In this document: piece after piece, positions 12,251-25,544 of the stretch
Numbering within the stretch: the stretch's first letter is position 1
Layout: every line of letters starts with the position of its first letter
From: Eledone cirrhosa
Lineage: Eukaryota
Assembly (NCBI GenBank): GCA_964016885.1
Contig: OZ024749.1
Coordinates: 3,100,001 to 3,164,000 of the forward strand
Length of the DNA stretch: 64,000 bases
Direction: 5' to 3'
Program-made: the position numbers and the translations under genes
Notes under the pieces: generated by a model
What the model saw: the letters and a program-made list of their open reading frames with translations, nothing else
Told to the model about the DNA's origin: nothing
Database searches by the model: none

Positions 12251-13323
12251 AACATGGTTTTATAAATATAGTTTCAATTTATTAATATCGTATATCTACT
12301 CCAAATATTTGTCGAGTGCTTTATATCAGTTATAAAAATATTTGCTTGTTGTATCCCAAGAATTTAAATAGAACTTTTTCATATATATATATATATATAT
12401 ATAATGGTCGTCATAAATCCATGCATGTAGAATGGATTTATATACGTTTGTGTATATCTCAGGAATTATTATTATTATTATTTTCACTGAAGCAAATTAA
12501 TGAAATTACCAATATGTTATTGGATCGTAACTTGAGAATTTTACAGAAGCATTTCTACACAAATACCCCGAATTCAAACATAAATTCATGAGCAAATTTG
12601 CCAGAATATTCCATCAATAAGGCTTATCAACCCGACAAAATTTGACATCAGGAGGATAAGTAATGTGAATCTGAAAAGAAAAATAACTCAAGACAATATG
12701 ACATCTCTTTGGAGGAAAACTAACGAAGTAGTCACCTGGTACGTGAATCTAATGTACGAAGATGTTACTGATTTTCTAATATCTGTCATTCACGCCTCTC
12801 TCTATCTCATATATAGCCCTTAACCTAATATATAGATTTCCCCATGGAGAGAATGGATATAACCAGATAAGAGTAAGATATGTTTTTACCTACCAGGAAG
12901 AATATAAGTGAATTTGCCGGAGATTATTGGACCAGAAAGTGTTACTGGAATTTTTTTCAACATTACCATATTATCGAAGGGTTCTGTCCGGTTTACAGAT
13001 CTTGTGGATTAATTCCTTCTTAATAAATTGGCTTTCTCCACAAATGTGTGTGCGTATATATTTATATATATATATGTATATATACGTGTGTGAGTGTGTG
13101 TGTGTTTGTTTTTTTGTTTCCGTTTACTCATATAAGTATTCCATTAAGGAAAATGAATCTATGTGATTCATGTCCTCTTTCTTCAGTTAATTGATCTATG
13201 TTCCGAACTATTTAGATGATATAATAGAAACAAACAATTACACATATATATAGGGAGCTATTTACATTCTGTCAGTTTGGATTCAACTTAACCGAATTAT
13301 ATTATTAAAATAATTTATTTGTA

Positions 13324-13478
13324 GGGATTTAAAAAAAAAACACTTTACGATGGGAACAAGGGGATGAGCAATGACGTACATGGGACACTCACCGTCAAAC
13401 CAAAGATTTGTGTTCGTGTCCCCTGTACGTCAATGCTCATCCCGTGTTTCCATTCTAAGGTGTTTTTTTTTAAATCCC
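13324..13478. mobile_element. MITE-like ~155-bp imperfect palindrome
   Basis: GGGATTTAAAAAAAAAACAC..GGGATGAGCAATGACGTACATGGGACAC / GTGTCCCCTGTACGTCAATGCTCATCCC..GTGTTTTTTTTTAAATCCC. Confidence 0.65.
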
Positions 13479-13807
13479 AACTAATATACTAATTTACTTA
13501 GTCAAAATACGGCGTAGGCATCATCTACTTGCTTTTTTTCAAATCTCCACTGTTTATAAAAAAGAGGTCAAACTTTGTATCTTCTATATACTTATTAAAA
13601 TAATAGTTTATTACTTAGTAGCAACAATAAAATGAAATGTTTGTATTATTGATTAAGGCACTCAACTGCCTATGGAGAGATTAGAGCGCCATTGTTACAT
13701 CTTGGGCATTTCAAACAGGGCGGAGCTCATACATTTTCAGGTTTGAACACAGCCTATTTCTTCCAGAGAAGGAGAGCGATGGGTAGAAAAACGAAAGTGA
13801 AAAAGAA

Positions 13808-13975
13808 ACAGATTAATCATCCCTCCCAGTATTGTATGTGTGATACATTTATCGATCTCGAAAGGATGACACCCAAAGTTCATCTCAATTCTGCGAGATT
13901 TGAATTGAGGGCGCAATAGCAAATGCCCCGAAACATTATAACTTGCGTTCTAATTAGTCTCTCACTTTAACACCT
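13808..13975 (-). mobile_element. Old, diverged SINE copy
   Basis: TTTATCGATCTCGAAAGGATGACACCCAAAGTT..GATTTGAA matches the SINE body. Confidence 0.55.
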
Positions 13976-14589
13976 TAATTATTAATTTATAATTAATGTT
14001 CATATTAATATATTCTGCTTCTGTAAATACAGGAAAATATTATCTGAGATAATTCTTATTGTTGTCTCTTTCTTTGATATGTTAATCGTATAGAGAGGAG
14101 CACCGTCAGCATGAGCTGTAGTTGGCGTTTGAGAAGAATATGTCAACAATTTGCACTATCACATACTTATTGTAGCAACTTCTAAGAACTATTATAATTA
14201 TTTTTATAGATTGTGATATGGTAGATTGCCTCGAGATTCTTTTTTAAATGATTATCATTATGCGTTCCGATAGCTTCGAGTTCATATCTATTTAATTCTT
14301 CACGGATTAAAATAAACGAATCCTCAGTCAATAGCAGGTTTATTTAGCCGACTAACCCAAGCACTAAATATTTGATTGTAACATAAACCCTTCTTGTATT
14401 CTCATTTCTACGGATAATAACAACCTAGATGGGGACAAATGACAATATAAAGTTAATTATTACAGTTGTTTGCAGCCATACAATTAGCAGACACTAATAT
14501 AGTACTTATGTAGATAAACTTAATATCGAATTACTAAGCAAACATCAAGTTCTAGAAAATCAAACTTTCCAGTTGTTGTCTTCCTGTTT

Positions 14590-15185
14590 CTTCTACAATA
14601 ACTACAACGGTACGCCATGGGGCCCACCCACAGCACCGGCGGACAGAATGGAGAAGGCGTTTCTCCGGAGGACAGTGAGGGAGACGCGCTGGAAGAGCCA
14701 CTCCAACACGCCCTGGTGCCGAAGACACCAGAAGTCTCCACTGCCAGGGGTACCACCGCAAACCTGTCGGAGAGTGACTGGTATTTGAGGAGTTTGGCCC
14801 TCTCGGCCCGACGTGCAGCAGAACCTGGGTCAGTTGCAGAATGCACCAGGTTGCGGCTGCAGAAAGTGTCGGTGCAAGTGGCATCCCAGACGAGGGGTTT
14901 GCCACTGCGGAACGGATAGATGGTCATTCATGCCATCTGGCCTTTTGCCGTCCCCTCGATCCAGCCCCACCGGCTCGAACTGGGAAGGGAAGCCTGCAGC
15001 GTCCAAGCCATGCTTAATGACCTCGTTTAAGACAGCATAACGTGGAATGCGGCCGCCACTGTGGCGACAGGAAAGCGGGTGGCGGCCGAAAGAGTCTACG
15101 GTGGAACCGTAGCGACATTGGTGTGGCTGGGAGATCCGGAGGCCGAGCCTAAGGGAAACACTGATGCGCAGGCTAATAAGTTTGG
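14590..15185 (-). pseudogene. CRE-like non-LTR retrotransposon 3' fragment (zinc knuckle + restriction-like endonuclease), frameshifted
   Basis: [42 protein letters not shown] / [38 protein letters not shown]; GC-rich island. Confidence 0.8.
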
Positions 15186-15682
15186 AGGAAATGTAGAAGT
15201 TAAAATGTCTTTCGCTGCACTGCTTATATACAATGAACAAACACAAGTCTATAGGGATTCGTCAACTATAATATGACCCATTTTGCCGCTAAGCTGGAAG
15301 ATACGAATATAGAATCCATTAAAATGGGAGAGTGTCTTTGATAGAATTAAAGAATCTTAAAGAATCTGGGAAAATATTAAGAAAAGATATACTAATAAAG
15401 TGTGACACTGAGAGCAGGTATTGAAAACGATTTACCGGGATATTGAAAAAATCGAAATTGAACAAAAGAAAAATATACACGGCTATATACATATATCCAT
15501 ATAGATACACACACACACACATATAAAAGTGCGCATATATATATATATCATTACACATATATCTACACAGTATTGAGTACGCATATTTTTCCATTCATTA
15601 TATATCCTTAAGGTATAGCCTTCCCAATTACGGTAAACTCATGTAATTATAACACATCTGAATCCCATTCACTATCTCACTT

Positions 15683-15792
<110 letters not shown>

Positions 15793-17609
15793 TTATTTTC
15801 GCATATCTCTTTACACGAAAAACAACATGAATTTCATGTTTCTGAGAGAACAGAGATGGTATTCAAGGTATATGTGAACAGATATGACAGCAGCTCTAAA
15901 AAAGAACATTACTCACAAAGTATAGGTTTAAGCCAAAAATAAACGCCAACAGTTTATAGAAAAATGGCTTTCAGAATTACTAGGAACTTCTACAATAGAT
16001 AAACATAATACCACTACCATAATTATTGTAACAATATACGTGTAAGTTATAGCAAGTTGAAATTTTTAAACGATAAAATCTCGTCAAAAATTCAATGTAG
16101 AGAACAACAAAATGTTCAGTATTATGTAAAAATGAATAAGAATTGCAGTAGGAAGTTATTAATATCCATATTAAAACAGTGGAAACACCAAATATTTTCT
16201 TCCCTGTGGATTTATATTATTATATAATCCCGTTTGTTATAATATAGATGCTGTAAAATATTTACAAGTGTACTTCCTAAGTCATTTATTCTGTACTAGT
16301 ATCAAAGAATATTTCTTCCTCTCTGAGTATGTGCACATATCTATAAATATACGTATATTTTCTTTTCCTTGGACTGCCATTTATTTCCTCTATCTATCCT
16401 TTGTGATCCTGTCTCTATTTGTGTAGGCTAAAACCCGACTCGTCAAACTCTCTTTTCCATATAAAGTGTGAAACTAAAAATACTTTTTGTATCTCTCTTG
16501 TGTCGTTTCCTTGAACTCTTTATAATATAGCCATACTCTAATACTCGAAGTATTGAGTACTCTGTTGAGTAATGGTCTAACTAGTTTGAAAGAGGTTCTA
16601 GCCTAAGATATATACACAGAAGAACTCTTGTGTTTATGAACTGTCAGATAATGTTAAGCTTAGGTTTTGAGTAAGGGAAATGTCTAAATAATAGGGCATA
16701 TAACATTACTTAAGAGAAAAACAGACGTTATCAATTGTAAGACTCGAAAGCACACCTTCATTGTTGCTTGACAGAAACGCAACCATTACACTAAAGTGCC
16801 TGTATGTATGAGTGCTGGCTTCTTTTTATTCTCCATTTGTATGAAATAAGTTTGTTGCTTGTATTTTTGTCTGAATCTAGAAACAAAAATAATTGTATAT
16901 TTACAATTAACAATCAATTCTCATTATCAGGAAAACACATCCTACTATATATACTTCAACAGCTTATTATGTGTTGTATGAGTATGTTTTATATGCACCT
17001 ACTTGATATAAATAATGAAATTATACCTTTGATGTTCAAGGAACTCGTAGACATTCTGTCAAGATATAATATGTATATAGATAGGATAATTATATAAGTA
17101 CACATTGTTTACATTACTCAAGTATGGTATTGATTAAAAATTGATAATAAAAATCTACAATTATTTTCTTATTTATATAGCAGTTTTCAACCAAATATTC
17201 GGAAAGAAAAAAAAAACGATCTTATAATTAAATTTTTCTACATTTAATTATATCAATAGAAGTAATTAAAGTAATCATTGAGAAAATAATATTACTAGAG
17301 CATTTATTTTCATATTATAATGGCAGCAAATTCTACGGTATTTGAGTACCGCAGCATGATGCTGAAAAGAGGATAAATAACTAGTGTTGAGCATAGAATG
17401 TTTAGTGATGCCGCTCAGCTCTCAAGATCGACCAGGTTTAGATGTGTCAAGTCAGGGAGCCCCTATCTGGACACCGAGATAAGGATACAGTTCTGATGTT
17501 TTCGAACCAGCTGCTATGATATAGCCTGATTGTATTCAATAGAGGTCACATTCACTATTCGCTTCTCTTTTCCTTTCATCTTTCGGTGACGTAAGGGTGT
17601 TGTTCGGTG

Positions 17610-17870
17610 AAGCACTCTGTCACCTCCAACAGCTATTTATTTTACGACCCAGCATTTGGGTTGTTGTAATTTCTTTGCCGGTCCATTCCTTAACATTATC
17701 CACCGATTTTCCATCGAGGATTTTTGCAGTCTTGCTGTCAGAACTCTTTTTGTTTTCTTAGGATGATCTTTTTGAATCCATCAGATTTTGTCACTTTCTC
17801 AGAAATCTTGTTTTCTTTTCTTTACAGAGGTTAAACAGTCTTCGTATTTGCCTACGTGTTGTCTAATTTC
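17610..17870 (-). pseudogene. Degenerate RTE-clade LINE 3' fragment
   Basis: Minus-strand translation ..GKSVDNVKEWTGKEITTTQML.. resembles the RTE C-terminal W.DNIKEWTG motif. Confidence 0.45.
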
Positions 17871-18114
17871 TTAAGATCTATGTAAGAGAGGCCTATCCAT
17901 TTCCTGTAGTATCACATTTCGAATTCTATATTATGAAATACACATTACATTCGACACTAAATTCCTGAATACAAAATGTTCCATTGGAATGTTGTATGAT
18001 CCCAGCACAGAATATTTTGCTGATAGATCCTGTCATCTAGAGCAGTGATGAGGCTAAGCAATATCATCAAGAAAGTCAACATATCTAAAATCTGTCTTAA
18101 GCCAGAAGGATAGT

Positions 18115-18357
18115 TAGGTAATTGATTATCCCGGTTTCATTGCGTGAAGCGACTGAGAGTAAAATACTCCTCCCTGGACAGGACGCCGGTTAAACCCCCA
18201 GCTATTGCTGGTACTCATTTTCAGATGACTATACTGGAGCAACGTGAAATGAAGTATTTTGCTCAAGAACACAACGCGCAACCCAGCCCAGGAATCAAAC
18301 CCATGATATTATGATATTAAATCCAACACCTTTACCACTAGGCCAGGCGCCTCCACA
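18115..18357 (-). mobile_element. tRNA-head SINE of a second family (CORE/V-like central domain)
   Basis: Minus strand GGAGGCGCCTGGCCTAGTGGT..GGTTTGATTCC..GTTGTGTTCTTGAGCAA..CAG..AAATGAGTACCAGC; relatives at ~20270-20530 and ~52950-53260 (+). Confidence 0.7.
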
Positions 18358-19184
18358 CCTCAACATAGTTTCAGTGAATCATAAGTGTGTGAATCAAACG
18401 AGCGAATGTTATAACAGGCAGTGGATGATTCAGAAGGCTCCATTGATTCTACGAAGATCTGAGGTTATGAGAATGTTGAAACAGGATAGGAAAATCAATA
18501 TTTCATCGTCTCAATAAATCTACACAAACTTGAGTTTATTTATGTCTCAATCAACCATGAAAGAAACAAATAAGACTCCATAGGTCTATATATATATTTA
18601 GTTGTTTGACTTGCGAATGAAACGCTGGAAGGTATCTCCAAATATTATTTGGACATGAATGGTTAAAAAAGTGTGAACTACGCTAACTTTACCCAAGGAC
18701 AAGGCAGTATTTTTAGAGGCACCACGGTTATAACCTACCATACATGAACTCACAAATCATAGAGCCGGAACAATTGGAAAGCATTTTACCGGGTGATCTA
18801 CCAAATCTACTCGTAAACACTCTGTGCTAGTACATTATCCTCTCGCCCCAGAAACCATGAAAGGGATATTTACTTGGGGCTGTTTGAACTGATATTTTAT
18901 ATGTTAATAAATACAAAACAACAACGAACAGTGAAACAGGGGATGACACGGTGGTTACTTAATTGTCTCAGTGAATCTACAGAACCAAGAGTTAATAAAT
19001 ACTGGAAGAAAATGTAGCGCGAAAAGGATATCTGTCTGAATTTAGGTCGCTAATGTGAATGCCATCTATGAACTGGTGTGACTTCTCCCACTATGACTCT
19101 GAGGTGTGTACGACAGTAAAGGAATATCTATCTTAGAAAGTCATAAAAGGATATACGATAAAGAAAGGAATGTATTATTTTAAA

Positions 19185-19355
19185 GTTTCCGGTTACGAGG
19201 CTTTACGTACTGAGTTCAAATCCCGCCGATGTTAGCTTTTAGCCTTTCATCATTAAGAGGTCGATAAAGGTGAGTACCAATAACGTACCTAGATCATTTT
19301 AATCGATTTTCCCTACAAACAAAAATCTGTTGGCCTTATGTCTAAAACATAAATA
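19185..19355 (+). mobile_element. 5'-truncated SINE (main family)
   Basis: CTGAGTTCAAATCCCGCCGA..GCCTTTCATC..GGTCGATAAA..GTACCA. Confidence 0.7.
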
Positions 19356-19745
19356 ATTCAGAATCGTTAACGTGATAGATAAAATGCAGTATTTTGTTTC
19401 AAGCTTCGGGACAAAATATTACCCTCGTCTTGAAAGATAGAACCAGCTATTTACTCGAGGTGATTTAATTATAAATATACCTTCTTTTCAAACGATGTGA
19501 ACTATAGCAATATGGAATATGGAAATCAATAATAATAATCTTGGAATTAATGTCACTTTTCTTTTACTATTAAACGTAGAATGATGGCGTCCTTTTTATA
19601 ACCGAAGCCACGCCATTTTGTTTGAAATTTATTTTGTTTTTTTCGTCAGGAAATACAGAAAATAACAACAGCTGCATTTGACTCAGCACTGTTGTTATTT
19701 CCTCCTCCTCCACCTCCCCTCCTCCTACTCTTCATACTCCTCCTC

Positions 19746-19747
<2 letters not shown>

Positions 19748-19799
<52 letters not shown>
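19748..19799. repeat. (CTA)n microsatellite
   Basis: Direct reading of the sequence. Confidence 0.95.
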
Positions 19800-20269
19800 T
19801 TGGTAACAATGATACCATTAATAAATACTATATACATACAACTTTAACGCACACGCACATATTTATATGTATATATGTTTAGATATATCGCTGTCTCAGT
19901 TAATAAACCTTCGTATAAACAGGATTAAGGATTCCACGGAGGTTACATATATAATCCTTTGGTATGAGATCATGACTAAGATGACGGAGTATCGGTATAT
20001 GAACACATGTTAACTCAGATTTATGTAATTACGTAATTACACAGAACGTTCATATATACATATAAGAGATGAGTCGTGTCAGCATCTCTGTGTAGTTAAG
20101 ACGTTTGCTTTACAATCATTAAGTCCGGGGTTCGATACCATTGCCTAGAATATTGGAAAATCTTTACTTACCGATATACTTGGATCAAGATATGCGCGTG
20201 AAATTGGGTAAGAGGTAATTAAATCAATCGACCTAACCAGCTTCGTTTATATTTACAATAGGTATCAGT

Positions 20270-20530
20270 AATGAAGGCACATGATCACGTTATAAGGGTG
20301 CCGAGACTTCGATTTCTGGACGAGGTCGTGTGTTGTGTTCTTGAGAAAAACACTTCATTTCACGCTGCTTCAATATACTCAGTTGAAAATAAGTACCAGC
20401 ATTAGCTAGGAGTTGTATTCTCCGATAGACTCACCTCCTGTCCAGGGATATCTAGGACACTCAGTCACTTCCCACAATGGACACCAGTAAAACACCGGCC
20501 TCGTGAGACTCCGGATTAGAGAGAAATATT
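20270..20530 (+). mobile_element. SINE, second family
   Basis: GTGTTGTGTTCTTGAGAAAAACACTTCATTTCACGCTGCT..CTCAG..AAATAAGTACCAGC. Confidence 0.65.
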
Positions 20531-20739
20531 AAACTTTAGAAACCATTTGGAAATCTGTCGGTTGGACAAAACTTGGAATTCAAAAGGACCAGGATTATAT
20601 CAGACTGTCACGCTAAATCTCACTTGGGGTTGCGTTAATGTACGTGTTTCATTGGAATGCTTAACAAAATAAACGTAACTTTAGAAGCAGACTGTCTTGA
20701 TTGAACAAAGAACACTCATTGTCGAAACCGCTGGCTGGC

Positions 20740-20778
<39 letters not shown>

Positions 20779-20781
<3 letters not shown>

Positions 20782-20975
20782 CGAAGGGGGTGTGGTGAGG
20801 AACCAGATGGACCATAACGCACCAGAGTACTCAATACTTAGGGTAGTAGAGAAGGCAATAAGAGAATGTTTGACCGCGACGGCAGCGCTCGAGCCGTTTC
20901 GACGGCTACTTCTGGACAGAAATAAAAGTCGAAACGGCTTGAGCTCTGACGTCGGGGTCAAACATTTTCCTCCTA
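20779..20975 (-). mobile_element. Family B fold-back micro-element
   Basis: Homology to 2641-2858; (TA)n on both sides. Confidence 0.75.
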
Positions 20976-21269
20976 TATATATATATATATATATATATAA
21001 TGTGTGTGTTTGCGTATGTGTGTAGCGTGTATGTATTCGAGTGTGTATGCGTTCGGATGTCTGTATAAATATACATGTGTGTATGTGTGCGTTTCTCTGA
21101 TTATATTTTGCAAGCTAGCAGTTCGACAAATAGAGACGAACAAATTAAGCAGACTTGAACAGTTCTTAGTGAGGTTGGCATGACATAATTCATCAAGGCA
21201 CTACACCAGCATGGCCGCAGACCACTGACTACAACATGTAATATAGGAATAAAGGGTGGTTTAGAATTC

Positions 21270-21318
<49 letters not shown>

Positions 21319-21590
21319 TTTTCTAGTTTAGAGGGGAGTAGTAGTTTTCGTAATTTTTAGTCTGATTAAAATTATTGGCGGTATTTGCACGGATTTTTCC
21401 TTCTGACTTTCAAATCTCATTTAATTCTCTTTTCATTTTTGTGTTAAATTTTGAATTTAAAAAATGTCATGTGTGTGAGCGTGTGTGTGTGTGTCTGTGT
21501 GTGCGCGCGCGTGTGTGCGTGTGTTTGTGTGTGTTTGTGTGTGTTTGTGTGAGTGTGTGTGCGTGTTTGCGTGTGAGCGCGTGTGTGTTT

Positions 21591-21646
<56 letters not shown>

Positions 21647-22371
21647 GCATGCGTGTGCGTGAGGGGGATGTTGGAAGAGAAGAGTATGAAGGTTTTCTGG
21701 TGTCTTCTTTGTACAGCAGCATCAATCAATTTCATGGAACACGCAACACGTGACCATTTAAATTTTGGCACGTTAAATTAGATAATAATAGCCGTACAGC
21801 ACAAAGCACATTGATCAATTATTGCGCTCACTTTTGACGCATTAACTGCAATTCAGTCGCATGCGTTTCATCTTAGTTATTCTTTTACAACGTTGTAAAG
21901 AGGAACCCATGTTGGTCGACAGAAACCATCACAGGAGAAAGAATATGAGCAAACCTGACAGAATTTCTAACACGTTCTTCAGATGATCAGACAAAATTCA
22001 TTAAATGACTGGCCGTCATTTTGAAATATCTTCATGTCAAATTCATTACCGGTCCTGATTTTCTTGCCTTTGTTTATTTATTTATTATTTGGAATGTGGT
22101 GGGGTGGAGTAGGATGTTGCTTTAGTTGACTTATTTGTTTTTTCAATCTCTCTGTGTGTTTGCAATGTGAATGATTATCTCTCTTATTCTACCTCCAACT
22201 CTCCTCTTTCTCTTCCTCTCCTCTTCCTCTTCCTCCTCCTTCACTACTTGTCCCCCCCCCCCATTTACTTCTCATCCTCACCCTATCATTCTTCTGTTTC
22301 TCTCCCACTTTCTCCTCCTCCTTCTCCTTCTTCACCTCTTCCAGCTGCTCATTTTCTACCTCATCTTCCTC

Positions 22372-22372
22372 T

Positions 22373-22464
<92 letters not shown>

Positions 22465-22600
22465 CTTGTTGTTGTTGTTCTTGTTCTTCTTCTTCTTCTT
22501 CTTATCACTATTATTATTTTTATTATCCTGGTTTATCACCAAACTAATATTAAAAATTAATATTTCGTTGCAATATTATTATTTTATTATTATTATTATA

Positions 22601-22670
<70 letters not shown>

Positions 22671-22686
22671 TTACTACTACTACTAC
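22372..22686. repeat. (TTG)n/(TTC)n and (CTA)n microsatellites
   Basis: Direct reading; source of the poly-V/C/L/N/T ORFs. Confidence 0.95.
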
Positions 22687-23150
22687 ATGTAGTTGTAGTA
22701 AACTGTTCTTGAATTATATTATTAGTTTATTTCAACTACTCACAGGAATCACAGCTACGTGGAGGGAATTTAACTTTATATTTCCAATATATATTTATTT
22801 TCCTATTTTTTCATCTCGATCTTGTATGGAAGAATTCGGTCTGAGATTGATACCGGGAAGATGTCGTTTTGTTTATGTAATCTAATTACAAATACAATAG
22901 GGACAAATGACAAGCCAGTCCTTCAACATATTATATACAGGAAAATGTCTGTGATATGAAAACTGTGTGGAATGGAATGGATATCCGTCGGTTGTAATCA
23001 ATGCAACAACCACCTGATGATGTTAAACACTAAATGTCTGATAGTTACACAGACATGTGCAGATTTAACGTAAGTATCAGGAAGATTCACAATATATGAC
23101 GGTTCTGGCTTTTTGAATTACTGGAGCTCTCCCCACAGAGGGAAGTGACA

Positions 23151-23380
23151 TTTTTCTTCTTTCTTCTTCTTCTTCTTCTTCTTAACCCCCCTCCCGAGAG
23201 GGACGCGGGGGGGGGGGTCCTTAAGCACTCCTTCCAGCAGGTCCTGTCAGAAGCAACCCTTTCCAACATATCCAGCAAGGTCTCGAAGTGTGACCAGCCA
23301 GGCTTATAGATGTTATCCAACCATCTTGCACGCAGTCTACCACTGGATGTCTTTGGCCGATTCGTTTTGCTCGTGAAATT
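23151..23380 (-). pseudogene. RTE-clade LINE 3' end with (AAG)n tail
   Basis: GRLRARWLDNI..LERVASDRTCWKE motif followed by (AGA)n on the minus strand. Confidence 0.7.
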
Positions 23381-23517
23381 ATTTACATTTGAATATTTTT
23401 CTAACAAACAATAAGTCGATTCATGTCTATGTTATATGAGACGTGCCTAAGATCGGCCATCTTGCCATAGGTTTCGTTTATTGAATGTATGTATATGTAT
23501 AATATGTGTGTGTATAT

Positions 23518-23638
<121 letters not shown>

Positions 23639-23719
23639 AGATATATACAGAAGTAATTGTGTACTTACTAAGCAGCAGCTGAAATATAAATATGTGTTAA
23701 AGCGTCTATCTTTTTCTAT

Positions 23720-23961
23720 GGCGGCGAATTGGCAGAGCTGTTAATGGTCTTTTCACCCCACTGCCTCCGTGCCACTCGGCCTGGCAGTATCGGTAGAGGG
23801 TCTGACGCCATGCTTTGGCGCATAAAGTTACGGTCCCTGCTATTCTGAGTTCAAATCACGCCGAGGTTAACTTTGCCTTTCATACTTACGGGGGTCGATA
23901 AAATAAAGTACCAGTGATGTACTGGGGACTTTGCTGGCCTTGTGCCAAAAGTAGAAACAAT

Positions 23962-23962
<1 letters not shown>
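23720..23962 (+). mobile_element. SINE (main family), composite head
   Basis: TGGCAGTATCGGTAGAGGGTC..GAGTTCAAATC..GGGGTCGATAAAATAAAGTACCAG..AAGTAGAAACAAT. Confidence 0.8.
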
Positions 23963-23999
<37 letters not shown>

Positions 24000-24012
24000 C
24001 ACGCAAACACAC

Positions 24013-24043
<31 letters not shown>

Positions 24044-24209
24044 TAAATACATGTCATTGTTAAATAATAAATAAATCAACTAATACCTTAACACTTCACA
24101 CAAAGTAAAACATTTCGTTTTAATCATTTTCTAACCCAGAACAAAGAGAGAGAAACAAAAAAGGAAAACAATATATTTTTCTTCCTAATAATCGTCTCTT
24201 TCTCCCTGT

Positions 24210-24281
<72 letters not shown>

Positions 24282-24789
24282 TCATCTGTGTGTGTGCGTG
24301 TGTTTGGTAATAAACTTACAAGCATGCTAATGAAAGAATTACCTCCCGTTATAGAATTCGTGTTTTGCATAATATAGCAGTTAATTTCATAATTATTGAA
24401 CTTACATAACCGACAGAAATACACCAATTGTTCAATTACACAAACACCATTTACAGGAGATATGCTAGCTGATATATACATAACATCTATATACACATTT
24501 GAGGGACTTCCGTCCGTCACACAATATGTGTGTGCTTGTGTGGAGTAAGGAAGTGGATGGTGAAAATCTATGACAAAACAGCGGTTTGCGTTCCATTTTC
24601 TACACTGTGTCTGAGTGTTTGTGTGACGCATGTGTATGTTTGTTTGTGTGAATGTATATGTACATGTGTGAACGTATGTCTGTGAGTGTGTGTTATTGTA
24701 AGTGTGTCTGTGTTTGCACGTTTATATTTATACACTCATAGATATAAATGTATGCATATGGACATACATATAAACGTATGCATATGCAC

Positions 24790-25520
24790 ATCAGGTTGCA
24801 CTGCTTAAAAGCGGTTTTGCAACACGAGTTTAAATCGGACTGCTGTTTCGTTACATGATAGTTTGTCTAAGTTAACTTTCGATAGTATTTTAGTTCTTTT
24901 GTGGTAAAAGAAAAGTTGATGCGAAATCTTGTGCCACCATACGATGGTCAGATATATCAGGAGTGTTAAGAGCAGTGCTGTCTAATATATGCTTACTCTT
25001 TCTGAACATTTTCTTACTATTATAAAGTCTATTTGATTCTTAGTTATTCTGTCTGGTGATATCCAAGGGAACAGGGTTTTCTTTTGAAATATTGTATTGG
25101 TGATCTGCAGATTGTTCCTCGTACAAAATTCGGCTAGAAACTCGCCCCTCGAGTTAAATGTATCTGTGGTATATTTCCCAGTACTTGAGGGGAATGATTC
25201 GTTCAGTTGCCCAATTTTACAGTTAAACTCACCCATCAGAAAGAGGTCATCTCTCTGTAGTGTCTTATCTATAATTGCCTGTATATTGTCACATAAGTCA
25301 TTGATTTCTTCATCTGGATGTGTAGATGTGGGAAAGTAGCACTGGATAAGTATGAGTTTACAAAACTTCATTTTCAAGCTTAGAACAGTTGATCTGTCCG
25401 ATATAGGTCGATAGTTGTGTATTAATGATGCGCACTTTTTGTTCACCAAGAAACCCATTCCAGTCATGCGACGAGTCACATTACTTGACAGATAAATATA
25501 GACTCTGACAAGATTCATGA
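24790..25520 (-). pseudogene. Inverted 5' segment of an RTE LINE: apurinic endonuclease (APE) domain
   Basis: GMGFLV..ISDR..IQCYFPTS..LMGEFNCKIG..NSRGEFL..TNTIF..WISPD..KNQIDFI..PDISDHRMV..LQNRF. Confidence 0.85.
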
Positions 25521-25544
25521 TACTATCTGTCGAGGCATAAAACA

